Under the pieces are notes generated by a model. The model saw only the letters and a list, made by a program, of their open reading frames with translations. It was not told the DNA's origin and did no database searches. This document shows positions 50,921 to 61,486 of a stretch of 64,000 nt of DNA, one piece after another (position 1 is the stretch's first letter; each line of letters begins with the position of its first letter). The stretch comes from Lama guanicoe (taxonomy: Eukaryota). Location of the stretch: positions 1,947,026-2,011,025 of the forward strand of contig MU053933.1 of assembly GCA_013239625.1 (NCBI GenBank). The letters are read 5' to 3'. A program made the position numbers and the translations under genes.

Positions 50921-51829
50921 CGAGGGCGCCAGTCCTCCTGTCCTAATGTCCGAGTACTTGGCCCCTTGGAGAGTGGTTCTCAGGGGTAGACAAGCAACAG
51001 CTTCCTCAGGCAGCATGTTTCAAATGCCCCGTGTTTCTCCAAACCTGGAGAAGCCACGAGCCAGACAGTGGCTAGGCCTTCCAGGCACTTTAGAACCATC
51101 TAGAAGCTTCTCCACATGTCCTGATGCCCAGACAGCCCAGAGGTGCCGATTCAGAGGCTCTGGGCCCAGGGGTGGTTGACGGGCTTCCCAGTGATCCCAC
51201 AGAGCAGCGGAGCCAAGACCACAGCCCCAAGAGAGCCTCCCGGTCCCCTTCCCTTGCGCCTGGCTGCTCCGCTGGGAGGCAGAGGCCAGAGGTGGGCTTT
51301 GGTGCAGCCCAAAGACCGTGACCGCTGAGCCACAGGGCTGCACCCACATTCCAGGAAAGAGAGTGCCTGGCTGCAGGAGTTCCCGGCAGCTGGGGTGCGT
51401 CCTGGCACGTGCCATGGGTAGGCTGCGGGGCTGCACTTGGTGAGATGCGATGCCATCACCACCTTGAACTCTGACAGTTTCTGGACCAGGATTCCTGCGT
51501 GTCTTTCCATGTTGCACTGGGCCCTGCAGGTTTGTGGCGGGTCCTGATAGCCCCCTGTCTTCCTCCTGTAGGAGGCAGGCCCATGGGCCCCATCCTGCAG
51601 CTCTTCTGCTCTTCCTGGAACCCCGCCCCCATCATCTCAACACTGGTGACAGGGACACACTGAGAGCCTGTGGCTTCTCTGAGGGAGTCACCCGCCTGCA
51701 CCCTTCCATGGGGAGGCCTGGGCCAGCAGTCAGGCCCAGCCGGACCCCGACACGGGGGGTGGGGTCCCAGGTTCTTCAGAGCGGGGGCTGTGCAGGGGGT
51801 GGCTTCCACCCTGATGCTGTTCCTGCCTC

Positions 51830-51945
51830 GTTCTGTGACTTCTGAAATGATACATGACCTTTCGGAGCCTCAGTCCCTCACCTGTTGAGATGGGTCACCA
51901 AAACTGAGCCCCAAGAGTGAGGATTAAGTGCCCTGAGTGCCCAAC
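51830..51945 (+). mobile_element. MIR SINE fragment
   Basis: ctgtgacttc...gacctttcggagcctcagtccctcacctgttgagatggg...gtgaggattaagtg. Confidence 0.5.
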
Positions 51946-52132
51946 AGGTTCCTGCCCTCAGTCGCCGCGGTAACACCTGCCTCCCACTTCCTCCCCATTT
52001 CAAGCCCCCTTTCTCATGCTGCCGCCAAGCCAGCCTGCGAGCGCTTTTGTCTTCTGCCTGGGGAGACCCCCCAAGCCATTCCCAGCCCACAGCCTCGGGC
52101 AGGGGTCAGCATGCAGACCCGGGGGACCCTAC

Positions 52133-52417
52133 CTGTCCAGCTGCTGACGGTCAGGTTCTGGTGCAGCAGCACGTTCTCTATGCAGCAGCCCACGTTCACG
52201 CTGGGCGTCCGCCCGAGCCTCAGGACGCTGACCACGTCATACAGGCCCCGCTCGTTCAAGGACACGGTGCTGTTCTGCAGGGCCGGGTCCAGCAGGCTGT
52301 TGTCCGTCCTGTTGATCCAGTACACGTTCGGCCTCGGATAGCCATTTGTGGACGTGCACGTGAAGGTGAACTCCTCATCCCGGGACGGGCCGCTGACCAC
52401 AGGCATGCTGTAGTTTG
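52133..52417 (-). CDS. ICOSLG: ICOSLG exon 4, IgC domain
   Basis: 285-nt phase-1 exon (ttggcag|...|GTAGGG) encoding [10 protein letters not shown]...[26 protein letters not shown]...[10 protein letters not shown]...[20 protein letters not shown], typical of the ICOSL IgC domain. Confidence 0.97.
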
Positions 52418-53106
52418 CTGCCAAGAAGGAACACGGGCTGAGGGGTGCCGGGCTCTGAGGGTCAGAAGCGGAGGGTGCATGGCGCCCAGGGCCAGGTTAG
52501 AGGGAGGCGGCAGTCGCGCCCTGACCCCGGAGGATTAGGGGACCAAGGCCGTGGTCTGGGGAGCCGCACAGGTCCTGCTCTGCCCAAGAGTCGCCCTTCC
52601 CGCCCACGGGGGCGCTGCTGAGCCCAGCAGGCGGTGACTGGCACCCACTTCCTGCCCCAAGGAGGTCGGCCTCCCTGGAGTCCAGTGACAGAGAGCTGGC
52701 AGTTCGCCTGATACAGACACAGCCCGTCTCCGCAGAACTATGCCCTGAGCAGCTCCGAGGAGAGGCTCTAACTTTATTCCTAAGTTCTGATCTCATTTAG
52801 TGCCTTATAGTCCTCCCTCTTCATTTCATTAAAAAAACCTAGTGGGAGTTGAGCTGGAGAGCTCAAGGCAAAGGCAGTGAGACTGGGGGCTGCGTGTGAA
52901 AGCAGCTCACGGAGAACCTCCCCATGAGCCGAATGGTCTTTCAGCCACTTTGGCGTCACACGGGTGAACAGGCGCCCGCCACAGAGATGGGGGAGCTCTT
53001 TACGGGAAGACACAGGTGAGTGGCCTACAGAAAATGGGTCTTACTGATACTTCTTCAGGGACATGAGGCTGCAGTGAAATCAGATCTGCCCCTTCCGTGC
53101 TCTTAC

Positions 53107-53466
53107 CTGCCACGTGCAGCGTGACCACAACTTCCAAAATCTTTTTTAATTCTAAGGATTTCCGAAACACCAGGCAGTTAAATTTCTGTTCGTCCTGGGG
53201 GGTGATGTTGCGCAGGTGGAGAGAGAAGTCACCCCGCTTCATGCTGTCCAGGGACAGCTGGGCCCGGCCCTTGTAGTGGTTGTCGCTGTGGCCAGCGGAG
53301 TTGTTCCCCGAGAGGTAGTAAGTCACCACGGAGTAGGTATTTGGTTTGTCCGGGATTTGCCAGTAGACATAAAGGTCATTTAAATCGAAGCTGTTTCCTT
53401 CAGGGTAGACACAGCTGAGCTGGACGTCGCTGCCCACCATTGCTCTGACCTCCTGTTCCTGAATCT
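53107..53466 (-). CDS. ICOSLG: ICOSLG exon 3, IgV domain
   Basis: 360-nt phase-1 exon (tgcag|...|GTAAGA) encoding EIQEQEVRAMVGSDVQLSC...FDLNDLYVYWQ...GDFSLHLRNITPQDEQKFNCLV...VVVTLHVA. This is the recognisable ICOSL IgV sequence with the canonical Cys, Trp and Cys. Confidence 0.97.
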
Positions 53467-54363
53467 CTGCAATGATCCAGAAAGTACAAAATCCATTATC
53501 CACAGGTGACTCCTGGCTTCAGAGTCACACTGTCGGGGGGAGGGGAGCCTCTGGGCTGCAAGACTCAAACACCAATTCTGACTCATCTCACCAGGAAAGA
53601 AACGTGTACAGAAGATGCACATAGGAAAGCCATGCTATTTTAAAACTTCGGACATCTGCAGCAAGCTGCTCCAACGTCCTGCCCAGTGTCAGTTCTCTGC
53701 CCTGGCATGGGATGCCAACACTGGGAGAAGCAGGGATGTGGGAACCTAGGGCTACTTTCCGCTGTTTCTGCTACTTCTTGGGACTTTATAATGAATTCAA
53801 AATAAAAAGGGTTCAAAAAAATTCAGACATTTTAAAAGAAAACAGCAGCTTCTCAACAACATTCGAATGCAGCCAGCACTGCACTGGGGAAGGCCCAGCG
53901 AGGTCTGGCGGTCTGTTATGGCCACTTGAATGCCCGCAGGGAAAGTGGCCATGTCCCCTGACCCATCACCCATGGGCTGGAAAGCTGGTCAAGGCCTTGG
54001 TCTCAGCTGTGGTGCCACATCCCTGTTCTATGCTCGTCTGGAAGCTGGTGGCTTTGGGGAGTGAAGGGGCTGGAGAAGCAGGCTGCCTGGCTCCTGGCTC
54101 CTCTGGAAGCGGAGGTTCTAAATCACTGGGGAGGAACTGCACTCTACTTCAGACACGAAACAGAACAAAAACCACAGAGTCCGTAGGAGCGCTCCCCTCT
54201 GTGGCTTTCAATCCCACACATGACTCTGGTCTTGGGGCCCAGCTTTCTCAAAAGGGCCCCTGGAAAAGCAAGAAGGGCAGTGGGGAGGCCTGCACCCCAC
54301 GGACCTCACTGCTCAGCACTGAAGGGATTGGAAATCTCCCGTAAGAGCAGCGACAGCACTTAC

Positions 54364-54404
54364 CGGCTTGCAGGCCGCAGAGTAGCAGCAGGAGCAGCTC
54401 AGGA
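54364..54404 (-). CDS. ICOSLG: ICOSLG exon 2, signal peptide (G)PELLLLLLCGLQA
   Basis: 41-nt exon between a T-rich acceptor (tttttttttccag) and donor GTAAGT. It encodes a leucine-rich signal-peptide core in frame with exons 1 and 3. Confidence 0.92.
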
Positions 54405-55589
54405 CTGGAAAAAAAAAACAACCCGAAAGGCAGGTGAGGCCCACTTCTTCCAAATGGGAGCAGGAGATAGTTCCACCCATCATGGAAACGGGGTTACCTC
54501 CACAGCCAGCCAGCGCATCAGCCGAGGCTCCCCGGGCATCCAGGGATTCGGGGAGAGGAACCAGGACCACCACCTCCCTGCCCAGCACGGGAAGTCCCAC
54601 GGGGCTGGCGACCCCTGCAAGGGACCAGCTCCTATGTTAACAAACTCCCCTCAGAGTGATAGTGAGAGTGTGCTAAAGGGCACTGAGAGGAGTCACCAAC
54701 CCCTCGGTGGCCTGGCCTTGCAGGGATGGAGTCCAGGATGCTGGATAAAATCAGAAAAAAACCCACTGTTGAGGTGCTGACAGCAAGAGCATCATTTAAA
54801 ATCTGAGAGGTAGAGGGGATGTAAGATGCTCCCCCATCCCATCCCATCGCCCCTGGCAGGGTCTGGTGATCCTATTCCGAAGGAATAGGATCAATCTGAA
54901 ACCAGATCTGGTGGCTCTGCCCAAGCTGGTGGGCAGCTTGGCACTGGGGCCAGCAAGCCCCTCTCCCCGCCCCCAGGGTCCTGGCGCCTTCAGTCTGGGA
55001 GCCTCTGAACCTTGCACGCCTCAGCCTAGACAGCCCTGCCGGCAGGCCTCCCAGACGCGGTGTCCCCTGCCCCACCTGTCACCACCCTGCCCAGGCCCCG
55101 GCCCCCTCCTCCCTGGATCACAGGGGACAAAGCACAGGCAGGGCCAACTGCTCTGGGGTGTGGGTGGCGAAGGGCAGCTGTGACATGCCAGCACTTTACT
55201 TTCCTTTCTTGCAGGAATAGTCTTTACCCGCACTTCTAACTGGAGAGACTGGGCCGTGGGACCCGGGGCTAAGCAGGCTTCTGGGCTGTGAGGGTGGGGA
55301 CACCTGAGGATGGGGAACCTCACCAGCTCACCAAGGAGGGGCACCGGCTGCCAACCCTACAGCTTCCCTGAAGGGGCCTTGTGGCCAAAAGCTGGGAGCA
55401 AAGTTGTCATCCACCTCCTCAGCTGGCGGGAGACCAGGAGCCTGAGCCTCCCCGGTTGCCTTTGCTGAAGCAGGAGGGGGAATCCCAGGCGCTGGGCGAA
55501 GGGGGAGGGATGTCAGCAATCGGTGGGCACGGCTGGCATTCGAAGTGAGTAACAGTGCCCTTGACACAGCCTGGCCACCCCCCTGGTTC

Positions 55590-56480
55590 TTCTGGGAGAC
55601 CCGCTGGGGGCGGGGGCGGGGACAGGAAGTGAGCGTGGGTCGCTGTCTCCTCTCCTTCCAGCTGCTTTCCCACCGTCAGCAGGGACCCGCCCCCAGCTCG
55701 CCCGCGCGTTGCCGCGCCCGGTCCCCGCCACTCTCCCCGCGCCGACCCTGGGCCGACACGTCCTCCCGCAGGTGGCCGCGCCTCCCGCGGCCCCGCCGGA
55801 TGCGCCCGCTGCTCCCCGCGCCCGGCGCGCCAGCGGCGCGGCCAGGAGGGCGGCCCTAGGCTCGGGGCGCCGCTCCCGACCTGGCGCCGCCGCTCAGCCC
55901 CCCGCAACCCCCGGGCGCGTCCGCTCGCCCGCTCACCCTCTCAGCGGCATGGTGGGGGCGGCGACCTCGGGCAGCGCTGATCTCGGGCCGCGGGAGAACT
56001 AGGAACAGGAGAGCCTCGGGCCGCGGGAGCCCTCGGAGCGCCGGAGGCAGCAGCCACCGCGCTCCCGCCGCGCCTCGGAGGCTCTGGGAGGGGAGCTGGT
56101 GGGGGCTGAGCGCCGAGGCGCGCTGGAACCGGCCCTTGGACGCTGGCTCCAAAACCTTCCGCCCTTCCCACGAGAGGGTGCCAGTCGGGCCCTGAGGGGC
56201 GCGGGCGGGGGCTCCCGATCCACCGGGCTGTAGGTGCCGTGGAAAGGCCCTAGGGAGGGGGACGGCCAGATGTGCTGCGAGAGGGCCCGTGGGAGGCTAC
56301 GTGCTGCCCCCCAGTGTCCCGCAGGGCGTCCGCGCCCCCGAGCGCCCCGGCTCCGCCTGCGCCTGTCCGCCTCCAAGTCCTGAGTCTCTGCCCTAGGCGG
56401 GGCGGGGCTCAGTGCTCTCCCTCCCGGCCCGGACCGGCGCCAGGACCTCCGGCCCCCGGTGAGGCCAGAGCCCCACGGCT
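55590..56480. promoter_or_regulatory. CpG island / promoter of ICOSLG
   Basis: Very dense CG dinucleotides and GC boxes (ggggcgggg) surrounding exon 1. Boundaries estimated by eye. Confidence 0.85.
55937..55950 (-). CDS. ICOSLG: ICOS ligand (B7-H2/CD275) coding exon 1, MPLR + first 2 nt of Gly
   Basis: Minus strand reads ccgcccccaccATG CCG CTG AGA GG|GTGAGC: strong Kozak context and consensus donor inside a CpG island. It splices in phase to exon 2. Confidence 0.9.
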
Positions 56481-57118
56481 GTCCGGGGGTGGATGGATGT
56501 GAGAAAGGAAGGCGGGAAGGCGGGCAGGCCGGCTCCCCTTCCCAGCCAGCCCTGGATCTCCACCCCCACCTTTGCTCCCTCATCCCCTGTGGGTCCTGGG
56601 CCACCCGCCGCAGCATTTTTGCGTATTAAAGGCTCGAAGAAGCCCACGCGTGGAAACCAGTTGGAGTGTGCTCCTCCGAGCTTGTGGGACTTGGCACTCT
56701 CGTTTTCCGGCCTGGAAAAAGCTTCACTGAGCCTCAGATCAAAGGGCAAACGTGCCATACTCTTCCTCCCTCCCACCCCTTCCAGTCCACTGGGCCTCCT
56801 CTCTGCGAGGCCCAAGTCAGTCAGGGCTGCCCTTCTCCCCTCCCACACCGCCAGGTAGGTGACAGTGAGGTGACAGGGTGGAGCCCTGGGGACATAGCGT
56901 GCCCTCCATGCAAAGGCTGCCCCTGGAAGGGCCTGGGCTCCCGGACGCCGCACCTCAGGTCCGGAGACTCCTGTCGGTGGAGCAGGCAGGAGAGGTGTGT
57001 CCCACTGCCCAGGCTGAGGGGGATGCTGAGGTCGGCCTTTGGGAGGGGGAGAGGTAGGGTGTATAGTAAGGGCAGAGCCAAGGGGAGCTCCCCTGTCCCC
57101 AGCCACCTCCTGCATGCT

Positions 57119-57230
57119 GTCATTCTTTCAACAAATATTTAATGCACACCTACTGTGTCCTGTGCAAAACGCTAAGGATAAAAGGTTAAAATAAGAGAAT
57201 CTCTGCCTGGTAGAAATGAACATTTCTGTG
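57119..57230 (-). mobile_element. L2 3'-end fragment
   Basis: tcattctttcaacaaatatttaatgcacacctactgtgtcc is the typical L2 terminal signature. Confidence 0.65.
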
Positions 57231-57918
57231 AGGACAAGAACAAACAAGGCAAAGAAGCAGAAAGGATGAGCTGGGAGCTGGGGTTGCTTTTGAGGGTGGT
57301 GAACAGGAAGGGTGGGGCTGCAGGTGACCAGAGGGGTAGGTGGGCATGCAGTTCTAGATCCCAGGGGCTTCATTCACTCCTCCACGGTCAGGCTGGGGGA
57401 TTGAGCAGTGGGCATTCAAAGAGACCAAGCGGGGTCTGCTCTCCCTTTCAGTGAGGGGCAGGGTGGAGAGGGACAGGGGTTTCCGGCCAGGGCTCCTGTT
57501 CGAGTGTCCAGTGAGGGCACAGACAGTCTCAACTTGGGGAGAGGGGACGTGATAAAGGGGGTGGGAGATGGGGAGCGGGAGGAAGACTTGGCTAGGAGAG
57601 CCTGGTGTGGACATAAATCACAGAGCGGGTCTCAGGAAGCTCCCCGTTCCCAGAGCCAGAAAACCAATGCCTTGCCTTGAACGAATGTAATTAGCAAGTA
57701 TTAGAGCCGGGGGGGCTAGAGGAGGGGGTGGTAGTGATATCGGTGGCCTTAGATCCTCTCCCCCACGGTTGGCCACAGCTGGCAGAGGAGGACCGCGTTT
57801 GCGTTGCGGGAGGATCAGCCCCTCGCATTGCTCACAGGCGAGGAGGAAGGGCGTGCTGGGGCGCCCCCTCCCCGCCTTCCCGGGTCCAGTCCCTCCCGCG
57901 GACCCCGGGTTCTCTCTG

Positions 57919-57953
57919 ATTGGACAGGCGGAGGGCTGCGCTGCACTGATTGG
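57919..57953. promoter_or_regulatory. Tandem inverted CCAAT (NF-Y) boxes
   Basis: Two CTGATTGG motifs, with ATTGG at 57919 and 57949 (30 bp apart), in CpG-enriched sequence. Confidence 0.5.
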
Positions 57954-58519
57954 CTGACGCCTGGGTTGCGCCCCACCCCACCCCCGCTCCCACGAGGCTC
58001 CCCACTCTGCCCGCCGGGATGGGGAGCAGGAAGGGTGGCCCTCACATGCAACCTCGGGTTATTGGAGAGGCACAGTCCTGGGGGCTGGGGAGTCTCCCTC
58101 GGCTAAAGTCTCCTTCAGAGAGTGTGCCCGCTCACGTGGAAGGGGAAGGGACGGTGACCAGTCGGTGTCCAGAGCGCTGCCCTTCAGTGAAGCCGGGGCG
58201 CTGCCCCACTGTAGCACGGAAGGGAGGGCGGTGGGCTTCAAGGGGTTAACACCCTCAAGCTGGTGGGAGCTCTGGGGGAGGGGCCAGGCTCTGTTTCCTG
58301 AGCAGCAGTACTGGCCCAGTCCTCTGAGGGCCAAGTGCTGCTGCCAGGCCCATCCAAGAGTGGGGACTGTGGGCCCAAGGAACCGGCTGTTTGTTGAGCA
58401 AGCAGGGAAGTAGTTGGGAATGCAGCTGGGCTGGACTGGGACATCCTGGGGCGGTGGGGGAGGGACCCGCTCCCAGACTGGGCACAAGACCAGCCCCAGA
58501 AACCTCAGGCTGGCAAGTG

Positions 58520-58710
58520 CGTGCTGGGTCAGATCCCAGCTCCGCTCCTCAGGAGCCATGTGATGACAGGCAGGTTACTTAACGCCTCTGTGCCTTTTGT
58601 TTTCCCATTTGTGAATCGAGGACAGTTCCAACATCTTCCTCCTAAAACAGCTAAGTTAGTCTGTGGTTACTACGAGGTAATGCACACAGAGCATTCACAC
58701 TGACACTGGC
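58520..58710 (+). mobile_element. MIR SINE
   Basis: ctgggtcagatcccagctccgc...ggcaggttacttaacgcctctgtgcctt...tttcccatttgtgaa...gaggtaatgcacacagagca. Confidence 0.65.
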
Positions 58711-58884
58711 GTCTGGGTTACAAATACAGGGGCTTTCAAGACAAAGGAGCAGGCAGAACGGCCCTTGGAGGCGCCCTGTGGCTGAGGCAAGGTTTTCCTC
58801 TCTCCCCTACCCCCTCACCGCGACTGTTTCTCAGGCTGTAGGGGTAGGGGAGAAGCCCACCTGGGTGACTATCAAGGCGAAGAC

Positions 58885-59245
58885 CCCATCACCACAAAAT
58901 TGGGGCTTAAAACAACAGAGACACATCCTCTCAAGTCCCAGAGGCTGAATGCCTGAAACCAGGGCTCCTCCAGGGGCTGCAGGCCAAGGTCCTTCCTTCC
59001 TCTTCTGCCCCGCGTGCCCCAGGCATCCCTTGGCTTGCAGCAAGTCCGTCTCCTCTGGACGGGGTCAGGTCTCCCTCCGCCTCCCCTGATGAAGACCTTC
59101 GAGGGCACACATGGAGCAGCCCAGTCTCCCTGTCTCCATCTCATCCCATCAGCCAAGTCCTTTTTTTGCCATGTAAGGTGACATTCACGGTTCTGAGATT
59201 TAGGACAGGGACATCTTTCTGGGGTCGTTATTCAGCCAACCACAG
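58885..59245 (-). mobile_element. MaLR LTR (MLT1 family)
   Basis: ggcttaaaacaacagagacac...gcatcccttggcttgcag...aagtccttttttttgccatgtaaggtgacattcac...ttattcagccaaccaca. Confidence 0.78.
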
Positions 59246-59691
59246 GGGCTCACAAAGGACCCTTGTGGGTAAGATTAAAATAGTAGAGGGAGACTGTAGA
59301 ATGCTTGAGAGAGTGCTGAAGATGTAACACTGGGGTGGCTCTGGGCCCCTGCATAGGAGCAGGCTGACAGAGGGTGGACCCTGCCGACCTTGGGTAGCAG
59401 CAGCTGGAGCCAGGCCGCCAGGGCACAGCCGTCACCATGCCCCGCCCCGTCAGCTGCTGACACGAGCACGTCTTTGCGGTCAGCTTGGACCCAGAGTGTG
59501 GCCTCCTAGGAGGGTCTCATCCATGTTCCAATGCTCCTGTCCCTACCACCCCTCTATGTTTTCTGGGGCTGCCATGACCTCAGTTTCATTACAGAACTTT
59601 AGCCCCTGGATGGGAGACCTGTGACATCAGAGCCCAGGATGGTCCTCTGTCCACCCTCAAGAGAAGGTCACATGGATTCTATGAGGACGTC

Positions 59692-60391
59692 TGCGTCAGC
59701 CAGGGCTCTCCCGAGAAACAGAATCAACAGGATGTAAGTGTGTGTAGACAGAGAAAAAGAGAGAACTGTACTTCAAGGAATGACTCGCGATAACGGAGGC
59801 CTGATAAGCCCAAATCTGCAGGGTGAGCTGGCCACCCGGAGGCCGGGGGAGAGTTGTGTTTGGAGTCCACCGCAGTCTGCTAGACAATTCTTTCTTGCTC
59901 AAGGGAGGTTAGGCCTTCCGTGGCTTGGGAGAGGCCCCCTGTACCCGCCTGCAGTTGATAAACAACAGAAACATACTGCTGGCTGGTGGCGGGTCTGGCA
60001 GTGGGCGGTCAGGTGCCGCGGGGTCGGGTGAGGGCCCCTTTCCTGGTCACACGCTTCTCGTGTGTCCTCACGTGGGCAGGGCTGAGGGAGCTCCCGGGGG
60101 CCTCTTTTCTAAGGGCACTAAGCCCGTTTTGGAGTCACCTCTCCAACACCCCCTCTCCTGATACCATCACCTCGGAGGTTAGGATTTCAGCAGATGAATT
60201 TTGGGACCCAGACGTTCGGACCACAGCACCCACCCACGTTATGGAGGGTGTAATCCGCTTTACTCAAAGTCCACTGATTTAAATACTAATCCAATCCAAA
60301 AATGCCTGCACGGAAAACGCAGCGATAATGTTTCAGCAAACGTCTGGGCACCTGGGCCTAGGCAAGCTGGCACAGAAGATTAACCAGCACA
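59692..60391 (-). mobile_element. MLT2 (ERVL) LTR split by a nested MLT1A-like LTR
   Basis: cagggctctcccgagaaacagaatcaacagga...gaggccccc | insert | cccacccacgttatggagggtgtaatccgctttactcaaagtccactgatttaaat...gattaaccagcaca. Confidence 0.82.
59940..60228 (-). mobile_element. MLT1A-like MaLR LTR nested in MLT2
   Basis: tgta...ataaacaacagaaacat...gtcgggtgagggcccctttcctggt...ataccatcacctcggaggttaggatttca...gacgttcggaccacagca. The 5-bp flanks ccccc/cccac are consistent with a target-site duplication. Confidence 0.75.
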
Positions 60392-61272
60392 ATTTCTATT
60401 CTGTTTCAAAACATGTTTTTTAAAACCGTCAGAAGGTCCAATTTCAACCCCACCCTTCTTCCACGTACTAGCACCAGTGCTAGGACAGTTACAGGGTCCC
60501 CAGTTCCCAGGGGGACGCCAGGACAGTGGAGTCTGTGCGCTCGTCTGAGTCTGGATCCCTTCGGGAGATTTCCTGACTCATCTGGGAAGACCCTCCGGGA
60601 TTCATCACAAGTGACTGGAAACCAGCTCCAGTCAGCGCTCTCCAGTGGCCTGTCCTCCAGGGAGCCCAGGTGAGCGGGCTTCCTGCTTCCTGTGAGCAAG
60701 TCCCTCTGGGTCAAGGAGGACCGAAAGTCGCAGGTGGTCTGCACTTGGCCCCTGCGCCACCGGTTCAGCCTGCCCTCCCTTCGCACCGAGTCGCTACCCC
60801 ACACTTCGCAAAGGTTGGGGTGCTTCGTGGGGCTCTAATCAGGGAGAGTGGTTTTAACTGTCACAGCAAACAGCAGTCGTGGCCACATCGGCTTCGTGCA
60901 CAAGGGAGCACGTGTGGTCGTAAGGGCACCTGGCCCGTCTTTCCCAGAGACGCTCCCATGTCCCACAGAATAACATAAAGGCTGTGCTCACACACACGAA
61001 CACCAAAAGGGACCACAACTATCGTAACAAAGTATTTTTAACTTCTCGGCGGCACAGAAACGTTTTCAGCAGCACAATATGCCAAGTAACATCAGTGTCT
61101 TGTCCACAGTCAGACCCGAGGCTCCGCTCCGCCGAAGGGCAGGCGGGAGGCCCGTGGCGCCATCCCCAAAGGGGCGGTAGGGCTGTAGCGACCACAGGAG
61201 ACCCAAAGTTAAGCAAATAAATAGTAATTTGAAAAGGAAAAAAGAGACTGTGTAAGGAAAGTTATCTTTGTT

Positions 61273-61486
61273 CTAGGAAAAGTCTTTTTTTGTTGCTGTT
61301 TTCACAGTATAATGACTCATTTGTAAAGAGGAAGTGAGCTCTGTTGAAAAATACTTGAAATATTCTCTCAAGGGGAGAAAACAATTCTTCACCAGCGCAG
61401 CTGGCCTCTGGGCGGGGGGCTTCGCTCTCTGCCTGTCCTGGGCCAGCAGGGCTAATTCCTCTTGGGAAACCAGGGCCGAGTGCCTG
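61273..61486 (-). CDS. DNMT3L: DNA methyltransferase 3-like, last coding exon
   Basis: Acceptor tctctcctttgcag. Spliced to the previous exon it encodes SRHSALVSQEELALLAQDRQRAKPPAQRPAALVKNCFLPLREYFKYFSTELTSSLQMSHYTVKTATKKDFS*, including the DNMT3-family 'LVKNCFLPLREYFKYF' C-terminus. TAG at 61275-61273. Confidence 0.93.
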
